DNA of 64,000 bases from a virus (lineage: Duplodnaviria; Heunggongvirae; Uroviricota; Caudoviricetes). The notes below the pieces were generated by a model. That model worked only from the letters and a program-made list of their open reading frames with translations. It ran no database searches and was not told where the DNA came from. Shown one piece after another: positions 26,824 to 35,908 of this stretch (positions within the stretch are counted from its first letter, which is position 1; every line of letters begins with the position of its first letter). The stretch lies in the IMG/VR virus record IMGVR_UViG_3300028584_000450, positions 159,394 through 223,393 of that record. One strand, 5' to 3'. A program made the translations under genes and the position numbers.

Positions 26824-26833
26824 ATATAGATAT
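26824..26833 (+). promoter_or_regulatory. ATATAGATAT promoter-like motif
   Basis: Exact 10-mer. Confidence 0.4.
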
Positions 26834-26882
26834 TAAATCACAGTGGATAATGATATTCACATAATTTTAAGGAATTATTAAT

Positions 26883-27233
26883 ATGGATATTAATGTTATC
26901 CTGAATAAGCAGCATAAGTTGCTGCCAGATCAGGAACGAGTCCTTGCCGACATATTCGGTAAGGATTCATGGACCATCGTGTCAATCCCAGAAGCGGGGT
27001 TGACAGCTAACCAACAGGAAGAATTGGTTAGAACATTGACCGGTGTGGTGGTGTTTGCCAGCTGCCCACCGGTAATGGTGAAGGTAGCTGTTGAGGCAGC
27101 TACTAGCACCATCGATGGTGAAGATTGGATATATGAAGTGTTGGTCTTCGGTAATGACGTTCGGGAGAAGAAGGAACTCCCGAACGGACGCGTTATCTCG
27201 GTAATGGCCCAGACGGGCTGGTATCTGAGATGA
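26883..27233 (+). CDS. hypothetical protein (GC-elevated)
   Basis: 116-aa ORF. GC-rich codons contrast with neighbours. Confidence 0.55.
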   Translation: MDINVILNKQHKLLPDQERVLADIFGKDSWTIVSIPEAGLTANQQEELVRTLTGVVVFASCPPVMVKVAVEAATSTIDGEDWIYEVLVFGNDVREKKELPNGRVISVMAQTGWYLR

Positions 27234-27250
27234 TCTAGGAGTGGATATAT

Positions 27251-27781
27251 ATGAATTTATATATATCCACTTCTATCCATCATTTAGTTTTTTATTTAAA
27301 TTATATAACTAATAGGTTTATTTTTATGGACAATATAATTACTTTCAATGACATGTGTGTTAAAAATTCTAAATATAAACACAAAAATTTTGTAGTTTAT
27401 AAAGGAATTGCTGTTGAATTTCTAGGAGAATCTATTCCTGGATGTGAAGTTATGGAAATTTCACATAGTGAAAACATTGGCTGTCATTATTGGATATGTC
27501 AATTAGCCCCCGAAGTATCAACATTAAATCTAACTCCAAATTTTAAACTAGAAGGAAACTACTACATATCAGATAAGTTATATAATGATGTGATAAGTAG
27601 ACCTGATTTTAAGAAATTGGAAGAAATTGAAACTAAAATTTGGGAATATTCACCAAAAATACAATCAAGTATAATTAAATCTATCAGAGAACAGGATACA
27701 AATTTATTGGATATGTTTCTGGATATGAATACGCTCCAAGATGAGCTCGTTACAGAATATATAAAATCAATAAAATTTTAA
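27251..27781 (+). CDS. hypothetical protein
   Basis: ORF after AGGAG. Alternative start at 27326. Confidence 0.5.
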   Translation: MNLYISTSIHHLVFYLNYITNRFIFMDNIITFNDMCVKNSKYKHKNFVVYKGIAVEFLGESIPGCEVMEISHSENIGCHYWICQLAPEVSTLNLTPNFKLEGNYYISDKLYNDVISRPDFKKLEEIETKIWEYSPKIQSSIIKSIREQDTNLLDMFLDMNTLQDELVTEYIKSIKF

Positions 27782-27798
27782 AAGTAATTGGAGGCAAA

Positions 27799-28092
27799 AT
27801 GATGGGCAAAAAGTATAAGAAAAATCATGCGAAAGATCGGTCAGTAATAACAGCTAAAACCTGTGAATTAAAATCATTATTGACTGCATTTAATCGCAGC
27901 TATCTAAATGATCGCAATACCGGAATTTATGATTGCGGTATCATAAATGGATTAATTCTGGCAATTTCAGTTCTTGAAAATACAGAACCAGAATTCATTA
28001 CACCATCCGAATCAAGAACGTATGATATCTATTCGGATATTGCTAAAACTACTCCGAATCTCGTGAGCATTTCAAATTCAATTAATTATTAA
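27799..28092 (+). CDS. hypothetical protein
   Basis: ORF after TGGAGGC. Confidence 0.55.
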   Translation: MMGKKYKKNHAKDRSVITAKTCELKSLLTAFNRSYLNDRNTGIYDCGIINGLILAISVLENTEPEFITPSESRTYDIYSDIAKTTPNLVSISNSINY

Positions 28093-28096
28093 TGAC

Positions 28097-28150
28097 AATG
28101 GTCCATAATCTAAACAATTATGGACCATTAAATATTATTTTTGTTTTTAG
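28097..28150 (+). terminator. rho-independent terminator
   Basis: Stem AATGGTCCATAAT/ATTATGGACCATT, then ATTATTTTTGTTTTT. Confidence 0.7.
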
Positions 28151-28165
28151 AAATTGGAGAAAATC

Positions 28166-28426
28166 ATGCAAGTTATAGTAATTCTAAATAAACCACTTTT
28201 TCCAGAACAAGAAAAATTCATATTAGATGAATATAAAACTTCATATTCAACAATAAATATTCCAAAGATAGGATGGACATTAAAAGAAATGCGGAAGATA
28301 GTTAATGCTTTCGATAATAACTCAATAATTGTGTTCACATCGAATATTCCAAAAATGGTTGAGTATATAACTCAACGGTTAGATAAACATCCAAAATTAA
28401 TACTAAAAATTAAATTATTGGATTAA
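28166..28426 (+). CDS. hypothetical protein
   Basis: ATG after TTGGAGAAAATC. Confidence 0.5.
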   Translation: MQVIVILNKPLFPEQEKFILDEYKTSYSTINIPKIGWTLKEMRKIVNAFDNNSIIVFTSNIPKMVEYITQRLDKHPKLILKIKLLD

Positions 28427-28453
28427 AATTTTATCTTTAATTTATAAATATTC

Positions 28454-28463
28454 ATATAGATAT
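28454..28463 (+). promoter_or_regulatory. ATATAGATAT promoter-like motif
   Basis: Exact 10-mer. Confidence 0.4.
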
Positions 28464-28544
28464 TAATAAACATAACGTATATACGCATTTTATTAATTTT
28501 TCGAAAAAACAGAGTAAATAATCTATATCACTATATAAAAGTTA

Positions 28545-28554
28545 ATATAGATAT
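28545..28554 (+). promoter_or_regulatory. ATATAGATAT promoter-like motif
   Basis: Exact 10-mer. Confidence 0.4.
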
Positions 28555-28862
28555 TGATATTTAGATTCCAGATCAATTACGATTTGGATAAATGGAGGAG
28601 GAACCCATCATGCACAAAGCATGTGGTTTAACAAAAAGGGAGCTTTTGGAAGGGTTGAAGTTTTTGACCCTCCAAAAATATCCAGAGGTGGAGATTTATG
28701 TCTCCACCTCGAAAAAATTAAACTCTCCCTTTCTTGAAAAAGAAAGGGAGCAGAAGTTAGAGGAAATGCCCTCTAACTAGTCGAAATCTGCTTCGAATAT
28801 TAAGTTATATTCGGAGCAGCTTCGACACTTCAATTTTATTTTAAACAATAAAGGACACCCAC

Positions 28863-29198
28863 ATGTCAAATGAACAATGTTTAAAAATCACAAAAATGAA
28901 TGACAAACGAGATATGTTCCGAATTAAAACTAAATTTGGTACATTATCATTTATCGATGATGATTGGCACATAATCTCAGACACCGGTAATGTAATAAAA
29001 GGAAAAATTACAGATGTCATGACTCTTACAAAAAACGTAATAGAACCATTTCCATTTAGTCAACCAGTAATGAATATAGATATTGATGAATTTGAGAATT
29101 GGCTTACTTGTGTTATGGATGATAAATTTTCAAGATTCATAACTAAAGTAATAACAAATACAACAATAACTGAAATTGAACTTGATCTGGAGAATTGA
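28863..29198 (+). CDS. hypothetical protein
   Basis: 111-aa ORF. Confidence 0.55.
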   Translation: MSNEQCLKITKMNDKRDMFRIKTKFGTLSFIDDDWHIISDTGNVIKGKITDVMTLTKNVIEPFPFSQPVMNIDIDEFENWLTCVMDDKFSRFITKVITNTTITEIELDLEN

Positions 29199-29201
29199 AA
29201 A

Positions 29202-29816
29202 ATGAATATATATTTAACAAATGAAATTAAAGCACGAATTATAAACAACATTGACTTGCACATAGATAAAGAATATTCTAAATTAGATATTATGAAAAAA
29301 ATTAGATATCATGAAGTTGAATTAGCAAATGCTATACGCGGATGGGTTAATTGTAAATATCCAAAATCTGAAATGGATATTATAAAAAAGCATAATTTAC
29401 ATAACAGTTATACATATATAACTTTATATCGCACAACAGCAAATGGAATTTGGATATTTGCATCATCTTATAGACATTATGCAAATTTGATATTTGAACA
29501 TCCAATTGAAATACCAAACTCTGTAAAATTAGAAGATATTATTTCAGAGAATTATTTAGATGAAGCGCTATCCCTAATGGATATGACTGACAAAGTAGAT
29601 TATGAAAAAATAAAAATTCTAAGAGATGCAACATCCAAAATTTCAAAGTTTAAAAGATTATATCCATTTATGATAAATCTTCCCCAATTTAAAAAGTTTA
29701 TACCTATAGAATTTTTATCCGAAAATATGATTTATCAAGAATCTACCCCACTAATTAAATATAATCCAGAAATCAATATTCCACAAATTGAATATGGAGA
29801 ATTAAAAAATGCCTAA
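29202..29816 (+). CDS. hypothetical protein, 3-gene paralog family member A
   Basis: MNIYLTNEIKARI... Shares the layout and C-terminal LPQFKKFIP with the two downstream genes. Confidence 0.6.
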   Translation: MNIYLTNEIKARIINNIDLHIDKEYSKLDIMKKIRYHEVELANAIRGWVNCKYPKSEMDIIKKHNLHNSYTYITLYRTTANGIWIFASSYRHYANLIFEHPIEIPNSVKLEDIISENYLDEALSLMDMTDKVDYEKIKILRDATSKISKFKRLYPFMINLPQFKKFIPIEFLSENMIYQESTPLIKYNPEINIPQIEYGELKNA

Positions 29817-30315
29817 ATATTTAACAGTAATGATTAAAGAGCAGATTAAAAGAAATATTGAATTTGAATTAAAAAATACAAATATTTCAAAATGTCTCGA
29901 ATCCGAAATACAAGAATTATCAGATGATATAATTAAATACGTTAATTATAATTATCCATTCCACGATATGAACATTATTAAAAAGTACAGACTAGAAAGG
30001 ACATATAATAGTATATGTGTTGGATATTATAAAAATGAATTAGGATATGGACGAAGTAATAAACCTCATATGTTCTTAATATTCAATCCAGCAATAGAAT
30101 TACCAACATCAGAACCTCTCATTAATATAATTATCCATAATTATAAAGATAGAGTTACGCTCCTGATAGAAAAATCTGACAATATCAAATCGAAATTTAA
30201 CAAATTGATAAATTCTCGCATGTCTATTATTCGACGATATATAAAGGTTGATAATTTAATAGCAAAACATCCTGAATTTGAAAAATACTTACCTGAATAT
30301 ATAGAAGAGGTTTAA
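29809..30315 (+). CDS. hypothetical protein, 3-gene paralog family member B
   Basis: MPKYLTVMIKEQIKRNIEFEL... C-terminal HPEFEKYLP. Confidence 0.6.
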   Translation: MPKYLTVMIKEQIKRNIEFELKNTNISKCLESEIQELSDDIIKYVNYNYPFHDMNIIKKYRLERTYNSICVGYYKNELGYGRSNKPHMFLIFNPAIELPTSEPLINIIIHNYKDRVTLLIEKSDNIKSKFNKLINSRMSIIRRYIKVDNLIAKHPEFEKYLPEYIEEV

Positions 30316-30318
30316 AAA

Positions 30319-30912
30319 ATGAATCCATTCCTAACAAATGCAATTAAAATCGATATTAGACATAATATCAAAGAATATGTTAATTCTCAATACGTAAATA
30401 TTGATGAAGTCAAAGAAATTGAATTTTGGACTCGGAAATTAACGTCAGATATTGAAAATGCTGTAAATGATATGTATCCAAAAGAAGATATGTGGATATT
30501 AAAAAAATATAGTGTTGAAAAATCACATAGAGAAATAAAAATCAATATAAGAGATGGTGGGAAAAGTATACAACTAATGTATTATAAATTAGAAATTCCA
30601 AGTATAACATTTAAATTTAATAATACAATATTAATACCAGCTTCGGCTGATCTATTTACCATCATCAAACACAATTTTCTCGAGAGAACAATTCAGATGA
30701 TTAATATGAATTGGGATATCGAATGTGAGAAATTAACCATTGTAGGTGCATATATGGCACAAGTTAATAAATTTAAAAAGATCAGCGCTTTACTTTCAGC
30801 ACATCCTGATTTCGAACGGTTTATACCGAAAGAAAGCCAACCAATAATACCATCGATATTAACTCCATCAGAACAGATGCGTATCGAATTTGAAAAGAAT
30901 ATAATAAAATAG
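30319..30912 (+). CDS. hypothetical protein, 3-gene paralog family member C
   Basis: MNPFLTNAIKIDIRHNIKEYV... C-terminal HPDFERFIP. Confidence 0.6.
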   Translation: MNPFLTNAIKIDIRHNIKEYVNSQYVNIDEVKEIEFWTRKLTSDIENAVNDMYPKEDMWILKKYSVEKSHREIKINIRDGGKSIQLMYYKLEIPSITFKFNNTILIPASADLFTIIKHNFLERTIQMINMNWDIECEKLTIVGAYMAQVNKFKKISALLSAHPDFERFIPKESQPIIPSILTPSEQMRIEFEKNIIK

Positions 30913-30921
30913 GACACATAT

Positions 30922-31119
30922 ATGCAAAGACTAAAAGTATTTGGAACTATAATATGTATATTCGGATGGTTGGGATTATCATTTATGCATCTCGCAACTA
31001 TATCATATCTTCATTCAATGAATATGGAATCAATGAAAGAAATAGGAATGTGTCTCTTTGAATTATTCGCAGCTGCATATTTTGCCGAACAACTAGTAGA
31101 TTACATAAAAAGGAAATAA
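30922..31119 (+). CDS. small membrane protein
   Basis: Two predicted TM helices. First gene of the SPFH operon. Confidence 0.5.
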   Translation: MQRLKVFGTIICIFGWLGLSFMHLATISYLHSMNMESMKEIGMCLFELFAAAYFAEQLVDYIKRK

Positions 31120-31121
31120 TC

Positions 31122-31376
31122 GTGCCTAAAAATAAAGTATTAAACAAAATAACAATAGCATTTTTCATAACAATGATAGTAATTATACAATTTACTTTAC
31201 TGGCAATAATAATGATTACTGGATTGTGTGTATTTCTAGAAGATAGAATTTGGGGTTCATTAATTACCGGAATTTCAATTTGCATTCCTATAGTGTATAT
31301 TGAAATAATAGTATTAAAAATATTAGTTCGGAATAAATATAACACACAAATAGAAATAGGAGATAATTGTGAGTAA
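31122..31376 (+). CDS. small membrane protein (possible NfeD-like partner)
   Basis: Hydrophobic 84 aa, overlapping the next gene. Confidence 0.5.
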   Translation: MPKNKVLNKITIAFFITMIVIIQFTLLAIIMITGLCVFLEDRIWGSLITGISICIPIVYIEIIVLKILVRNKYNTQIEIGDNCE

Positions 31377-31575
31377 AACAAAATTACTTTGGTTATATAT
31401 CAAAATAATCTGGCTTATGCTTATTGTAGTTTCGTTATATGGGTTTATGATCCCGGCATTAATTTCAGCAGCAAATACTGAATTGGTTTTACTAGGTGGG
31501 TTTTTGATATTTATATCATTTCCCTTAATGTTCTATATGGTATATCTTATAATCAGAGGAGTTAGAAATAAATGA
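31369..31575 (+). CDS. small membrane protein
   Basis: Hydrophobic 68 aa. ATGA overlap with the SPFH gene. Confidence 0.5.
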   Translation: MSKTKLLWLYIKIIWLMLIVVSLYGFMIPALISAANTELVLLGGFLIFISFPLMFYMVYLIIRGVRNK

Positions 31576-32432
31576 AAAAGAGTTTAGTTCTACTAATTGC
31601 AATTCTATCCATCATGGCAACTACAACATCTTGCACAAAAGTACCTGCAGGATATGTAGGAGTAAAAGTATATCTTCTTGGAGGCTCAAAAGGAGTTGAA
31701 ACTGAACAACTTACAGTTGGACGGTATTGGATCGGATTCAATGAAGAACTTTATCTTTTCCCAATATTTACACAGAATTATGTTTGGACAAAAGATGTAA
31801 CTGAAGGTAGTGAAACTGATGAAGCTATCTCATTCCAGACTATAGAGGGTATGAGTGTTAGTGCAGATGTTGGAATTTCATATGCAGTTAAAAAAGATAA
31901 AGTATCTGTGATATTCCAGAAATACCGGAAGCAGATAGAAGAAATTACGGATATATATCTTCGAAATATGGTTAGAGATGCATTTGTATCTTTATCATCA
32001 ACCCGTCCAGTTGAAGATGTGTATGGAGCAGGTAAAGCCAACCTACTTAAAGGTGTAGAAGATTATGTTCGCTCACAATGTGGAGATATGTTTGATATAG
32101 AACGGATATATCTTGTTGGAGATTTGAGATTGCCACCCCAGGTCACAGATGCATTAAATGCTAAGATCCAGGCAACTCAGAAAGCACAGCAGATTGAGAA
32201 TGAAATTCGTTCAGCTAAAGCATCTGCCGAGAAAGTAATTGCAGAAGCAAATGGACGTGCTCGGTCAATCTTACTTGTTGCAGAATCCCAGGCTAAAGCG
32301 AATAAAATTCTCGTTGAATCATTAACCCCAGAACAAATGATTCAATATGAAGCACTTAAAAAATGGAATGGTCAGTTACCCACAACTATGGTCCCTAATG
32401 GAGCTGTTCCATTCATAAATACAGTGCAATAA
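31572..32432 (+). CDS. SPFH/band-7 (prohibitin/HflK-like) lipoprotein
   Basis: Signal peptide plus Cys (TTSC). SPFH core and C-terminal coiled-coil (IQATQKAQQIENEIRSAKASAEKVIAEANGRARS). GC-elevated. Confidence 0.7.
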   Translation: MKKSLVLLIAILSIMATTTSCTKVPAGYVGVKVYLLGGSKGVETEQLTVGRYWIGFNEELYLFPIFTQNYVWTKDVTEGSETDEAISFQTIEGMSVSADVGISYAVKKDKVSVIFQKYRKQIEEITDIYLRNMVRDAFVSLSSTRPVEDVYGAGKANLLKGVEDYVRSQCGDMFDIERIYLVGDLRLPPQVTDALNAKIQATQKAQQIENEIRSAKASAEKVIAEANGRARSILLVAESQAKANKILVESLTPEQMIQYEALKKWNGQLPTTMVPNGAVPFINTVQ

Positions 32433-32476
32433 TCGCCAATTTTGCCCATTTTCGTTATATGGCTATACCGATTATT

Positions 32477-32486
32477 ATAGAGATAT
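32477..32486 (+). promoter_or_regulatory. ATAGAGATAT promoter-like motif (variant)
   Basis: 45 nt upstream of 32531. Confidence 0.35.
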
Positions 32487-32530
32487 AGATAGGTATTGAA
32501 TTTAACTTAATCTTTAAGGAGGTTAAAAAA

Positions 32531-32695
32531 ATGGGTAAGAATAGTATAATTAAGACGGAAGTGGTTACAATAGACCGCTTCCGGTTGAAAGAACGTCCCG
32601 CCTGTATTATATCGGGCGGAAAGATATACTCTGGGTGGATCCAATCCACCCGGAGAAATTGCCTAGTTCCCGTGCTAAAGACGGGAAGTAAGTAA
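32531..32695 (+). CDS. hypothetical small protein in GC-rich, hairpin-dense island
   Basis: ATG after AAGGAGG. 54 codons. TAA abuts the next ATG. Confidence 0.4.
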   Translation: MGKNSIIKTEVVTIDRFRLKERPACIISGGKIYSGWIQSTRRNCLVPVLKTGSK

Positions 32696-32905
32696 ATGGC
32701 CGGCGTCGAGCTGGTCAGTTATTCTCCAGACTGCTTAACTGCGGTCTGGAGAATAATGGAGGATGACATGGCAGTTCAGAGATTTTCTGAATTGCAGAAA
32801 AACCCACACACTGTGGTTAGCGATAACCGCATTGAAGTGGGAACTCTAACTAGAGTTGGATATTGGCTTCGGCCAATGTCTGATTCTAGTTGGATTAGAC
32901 AATAG
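32696..32905 (+). CDS. hypothetical small protein (GC-rich island)
   Basis: 69-aa ORF starting immediately after the upstream stop. Confidence 0.4.
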   Translation: MAGVELVSYSPDCLTAVWRIMEDDMAVQRFSELQKNPHTVVSDNRIEVGTLTRVGYWLRPMSDSSWIRQ

Positions 32906-32906
32906 A

Positions 32907-32950
32907 ATTAGAGAGAGTTAATAAAATAACTCTCTCTAATAAACTATTTT
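32907..32950 (+). terminator. rho-independent terminator
   Basis: Stem ATTAGAGAGAGTTA/TAACTCTCTCTAAT, then AAACTATTTTT. Confidence 0.65.
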
Positions 32951-32977
32951 TATTTCAATATAATAGGAAACATAATC

Positions 32978-33112
32978 ATGAGAAGATATACTAAATTTCT
33001 AATTCGCAGTAAGAAACGTAGAGAATTCATATTTAATACCATGCTTATTATATGGTCTGGATTCATTATAATTATGATAATTGATAATTGCATTACTCAG
33101 CAACTGTATTAA
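32978..33112 (+). CDS. small membrane protein (44 aa)
   Basis: ATG after AGGAAACATAATC. Hydrophobic core. Confidence 0.35.
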   Translation: MRRYTKFLIRSKKRREFIFNTMLIIWSGFIIIMIIDNCITQQLY

Positions 33113-33123
33113 TTAGTAATTTT

Positions 33124-33133
33124 ATATAGATAT
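33124..33133 (+). promoter_or_regulatory. ATATAGATAT promoter-like motif
   Basis: Exact 10-mer. Confidence 0.4.
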
Positions 33134-33172
33134 AAGAGTTAAATCGTAGTTTTTATTAATAATTTAAATAGG

Positions 33173-33511
33173 ATGAATAAAATGACATTAGAACAAGTAG
33201 TTCCAATACTATTACCGATTATGGTTACAACTTTATGGAGCATTGTAATAATAATATTCATAAAAGAGAATACAAAATCAATATCAAAACCAAGGTATAT
33301 TAACGAAACGAATAACATTTGTAAAAATTGTAATTATTGGAATGAAGAACTTAATTATTGTTTAAAAATTGGAGGCGTTGTATTTGGTAATATTGCAGAA
33401 ATATATGTACCTAATGAACAACAATACAATAACATGAAAGATGGGATACTTAAATGCCAAGGTGAATTTGGATGTAAGTTATTTTCATCTAAACAAATTA
33501 ATTTAAATTAA
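33173..33511 (+). CDS. membrane-anchored Cys-rich protein
   Basis: N-terminal TM helix. CKNCNYW...CLK...CQGEFGC. Confidence 0.55.
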   Translation: MNKMTLEQVVPILLPIMVTTLWSIVIIIFIKENTKSISKPRYINETNNICKNCNYWNEELNYCLKIGGVVFGNIAEIYVPNEQQYNNMKDGILKCQGEFGCKLFSSKQINLN

Positions 33512-33523
33512 ATAGGACTATAA

Positions 33524-33709
33524 ATGAAAACTGTGAATTTAATTATAATTGCATTCACTGTAGTTATGCTTGCTGCATTTGCAGGGATAATCGCTGAAAA
33601 GTCAATCCCTAACTTTATTATTTCGAATCCACAAAAAATAATATGTGTCAACGGATATGAATATCAACTCATTATAGATGTTAATAATATTCCAAAAATA
33701 TGCAAATAG
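33524..33709 (+). CDS. small membrane protein
   Basis: N-terminal TM helix. Confidence 0.45.
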   Translation: MKTVNLIIIAFTVVMLAAFAGIIAEKSIPNFIISNPQKIICVNGYEYQLIIDVNNIPKICK

Positions 33710-33719
33710 GAGATAATTC

Positions 33720-34037
33720 ATGAATTATAAAACATATCTAGAAAGAAAAAATGCACTAACTGCCCAATTTCACATTGATGATAATAATCTAATACGAGAA
33801 TATGCATTAGCTAATAGTTCTGTTAAAATTGGAGATATTATATTATCAGAAACTAAACGGATTAAAGTTGATATGATATATACTCAAGTAACAGGCATGC
33901 TTATACCAGAATGTTTGTATGATGGATTTAGAATGACAAATTCTGGAAGTTTTTATAAATCAGGAATAAGATCAAGTATCAAACAACAAGATGTTAGAAA
34001 AGTAATCAATATAAATGAAAACCAGGAGATAATATAA
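33720..34037 (+). CDS. hypothetical protein
   Basis: ORF after AGGAGATAATTC. Confidence 0.55.
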   Translation: MNYKTYLERKNALTAQFHIDDNNLIREYALANSSVKIGDIILSETKRIKVDMIYTQVTGMLIPECLYDGFRMTNSGSFYKSGIRSSIKQQDVRKVININENQEII

Positions 34038-34186
34038 TGGATACAATTTCAGTAACAGACTTTTACCCAACCCACGGTGCATTATGTCCAAGTTGCGAAC
34101 ATGTAATAGTATCAGACGACATGCCAGAAATAGGTGAAGATGTATATTGTGATAATTGTGATACAGAATTTACAGTAACAGAATAA
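34037..34186 (+). CDS. small zinc-ribbon protein (49 aa), paralog of 34202..34375
   Basis: TAATG overlap. CPSCEHV...CDNCD. Confidence 0.45.
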   Translation: MDTISVTDFYPTHGALCPSCEHVIVSDDMPEIGEDVYCDNCDTEFTVTE

Positions 34187-34201
34187 TTAGGAGATAATAT
34201 A

Positions 34202-34375
34202 ATGGAAATGATATCGATTGAAGATTTCTGGATAGAAGATGGAGTATATTATACATTATGTCCAAATTGTGCACATGTAATATCAATAGATCATAAACCA
34301 CAAATAGAAGATAATGAAATATATAAAGATCATTGTGATTGTGGTGTTGAATTTATGATAACAAAAATGCAATAG
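34202..34375 (+). CDS. small zinc-ribbon protein (57 aa), paralog of 34037..34186
   Basis: CPNCAHV...CDCG after AGGAGATAAT. Confidence 0.45.
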   Translation: MEMISIEDFWIEDGVYYTLCPNCAHVISIDHKPQIEDNEIYKDHCDCGVEFMITKMQ

Positions 34376-34388
34376 GATTAGAATATAA

Positions 34389-34670
34389 ATGCAATATGAA
34401 GAATATGTCAACGAATGTAATAAATTACTAGATGATTATAAAAAAAAGAAATTAGTCATTGATATAGAATATGCATTATCTGCAAATAATATCAATATAA
34501 ATGATATGATTGAAGATAATCATGGAAATGTGATGACCGTTAAAAAAATTGAAATAGAAGAAGATACTGGAGATTGTATTTATTTTGGATCCCCATATAA
34601 ATATGGTATATCATGTCACGATGTGATGGAAATTTTACCGAAACATGCAATAAATGGGAGAATATCATAA
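34389..34670 (+). CDS. hypothetical protein
   Basis: 93-aa ORF. Confidence 0.5.
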   Translation: MQYEEYVNECNKLLDDYKKKKLVIDIEYALSANNININDMIEDNHGNVMTVKKIEIEEDTGDCIYFGSPYKYGISCHDVMEILPKHAINGRIS

Positions 34671-35272
34671 TGAAAAAATTTACTGGATTTGAAGGTTATG
34701 ATTGTGTATCTTGTATGGGAAATGGAGGCTGCAATGAATGGATTGGATCAAGTATTAAATGTAATGGGAAATATTATGCAAATAAAGAAGAAGTAATGAT
34801 GATGTTAAGTCAGTATAACATATTTAAAACGCCACCAAGATTAAAATTCATCCCAGGAGATAATGTATTTAGCACCGTCTATGGAAATGGATGTGTTATT
34901 GAAATAAATCCAGACTTACATTATCCAGTTAAAGTTAGATTTGAATCCGATGTGATAATGTCATATTTGTATAATGGAAAATTTAATGAAATTGATGCGT
35001 TCAGATCATTATTCTTTGGACATTATCTAAAACTAAGCATTGAAGAAATAATCCCAAAAAGAGCCCTAATAAAAACAGTGTGGATTGTTATGAATTATGA
35101 TACCGAAACAAATAAAATATCATATTCAGAATTTATCCAAAAAAATCAAGCAGATGCCAATTATACCGATACTAAATATAAAGGATCTTTACCTCCATTT
35201 AAAATGGATTTAAACATAACAAATATAGATCATATGGGAACAATTTTATATCATCTATTAACACGTAAATAA
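34670..35272 (+). CDS. YYANKEQV/HGHD-family protein 1
   Basis: MKKFTGFEGYDCVSCMGNGGCNEW...KYYANKEEVMMML...FFGHYLKL. Leader duplicated at 35281. Confidence 0.65.
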   Translation: MKKFTGFEGYDCVSCMGNGGCNEWIGSSIKCNGKYYANKEEVMMMLSQYNIFKTPPRLKFIPGDNVFSTVYGNGCVIEINPDLHYPVKVRFESDVIMSYLYNGKFNEIDAFRSLFFGHYLKLSIEEIIPKRALIKTVWIVMNYDTETNKISYSEFIQKNQADANYTDTKYKGSLPPFKMDLNITNIDHMGTILYHLLTRK

Positions 35273-35297
35273 AAACAATAAATGGGAGAATATCATA

Positions 35298-35900
35298 ATG
35301 AAAAAATTTACTGATCTTGAAGGTTATAATTGCTTATCTTGTATGGGGAATGGATGTTGCGATGAATGGATGCAAGGTAGAACTAATCCATGTGGGGGTA
35401 AATATTATGCAAATAAAGAAGAAACAGAAGTATTGCTTGAATGGTATAATATGATATCTCCTCCGCGACTAAAATTTAGAGTTGGCGACGATGTATTCAG
35501 CACAAACTTCGGAAATGGATGTGTTACTCAAGTCGATTCTAGCCAAACGTATCCAGTTTTAGTTAAATTTGAATGTGGAAAACTCGAATCATTCTTAACT
35601 AATGGAAAGCTCAAAGGTTTCGATGAATTCAGATCATTATTCTTTGGACATAATCTAAAAGTAATCGTCAATGAAATAAATCCAGAAAGAATGTATACTA
35701 CAGTATGGGTTGTCATGACTATTGATGTTGCGACAAATAAAATTTATCATTTATCATTTGTCGACTATCAAGATGCAAATGAATATTATGAATTCAATGA
35801 CCAACATGGGAGTCTACCACCAATTAATGTTAATATAAAAGATAAAGATGATATTAAAGAGATTCTAAATCAAATGTTAACAAATAAAACTAATAAATAG
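35298..35900 (+). CDS. YYANKEQV/HGHD-family protein 2
   Basis: Close paralog of 34670 (MKKFTDLEGYNCLSCMGNGCCDEW...YYANKEETEVLLEW...FFGHNLKV). Confidence 0.65.
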   Translation: MKKFTDLEGYNCLSCMGNGCCDEWMQGRTNPCGGKYYANKEETEVLLEWYNMISPPRLKFRVGDDVFSTNFGNGCVTQVDSSQTYPVLVKFECGKLESFLTNGKLKGFDEFRSLFFGHNLKVIVNEINPERMYTTVWVVMTIDVATNKIYHLSFVDYQDANEYYEFNDQHGSLPPINVNIKDKDDIKEILNQMLTNKTNK

Positions 35901-35908
35901 GAAATAGT

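Noticed and set aside
28592-28780. 62-aa ORF MEEEPIMHKACGLTKRELLEGLKFLTLQKYPEVEIYVSTS...
   Set aside because: Built almost entirely from three consecutive perfect hairpins and lacks a convincing SD. Treated as probable non-coding (see finding) rather than CDS.
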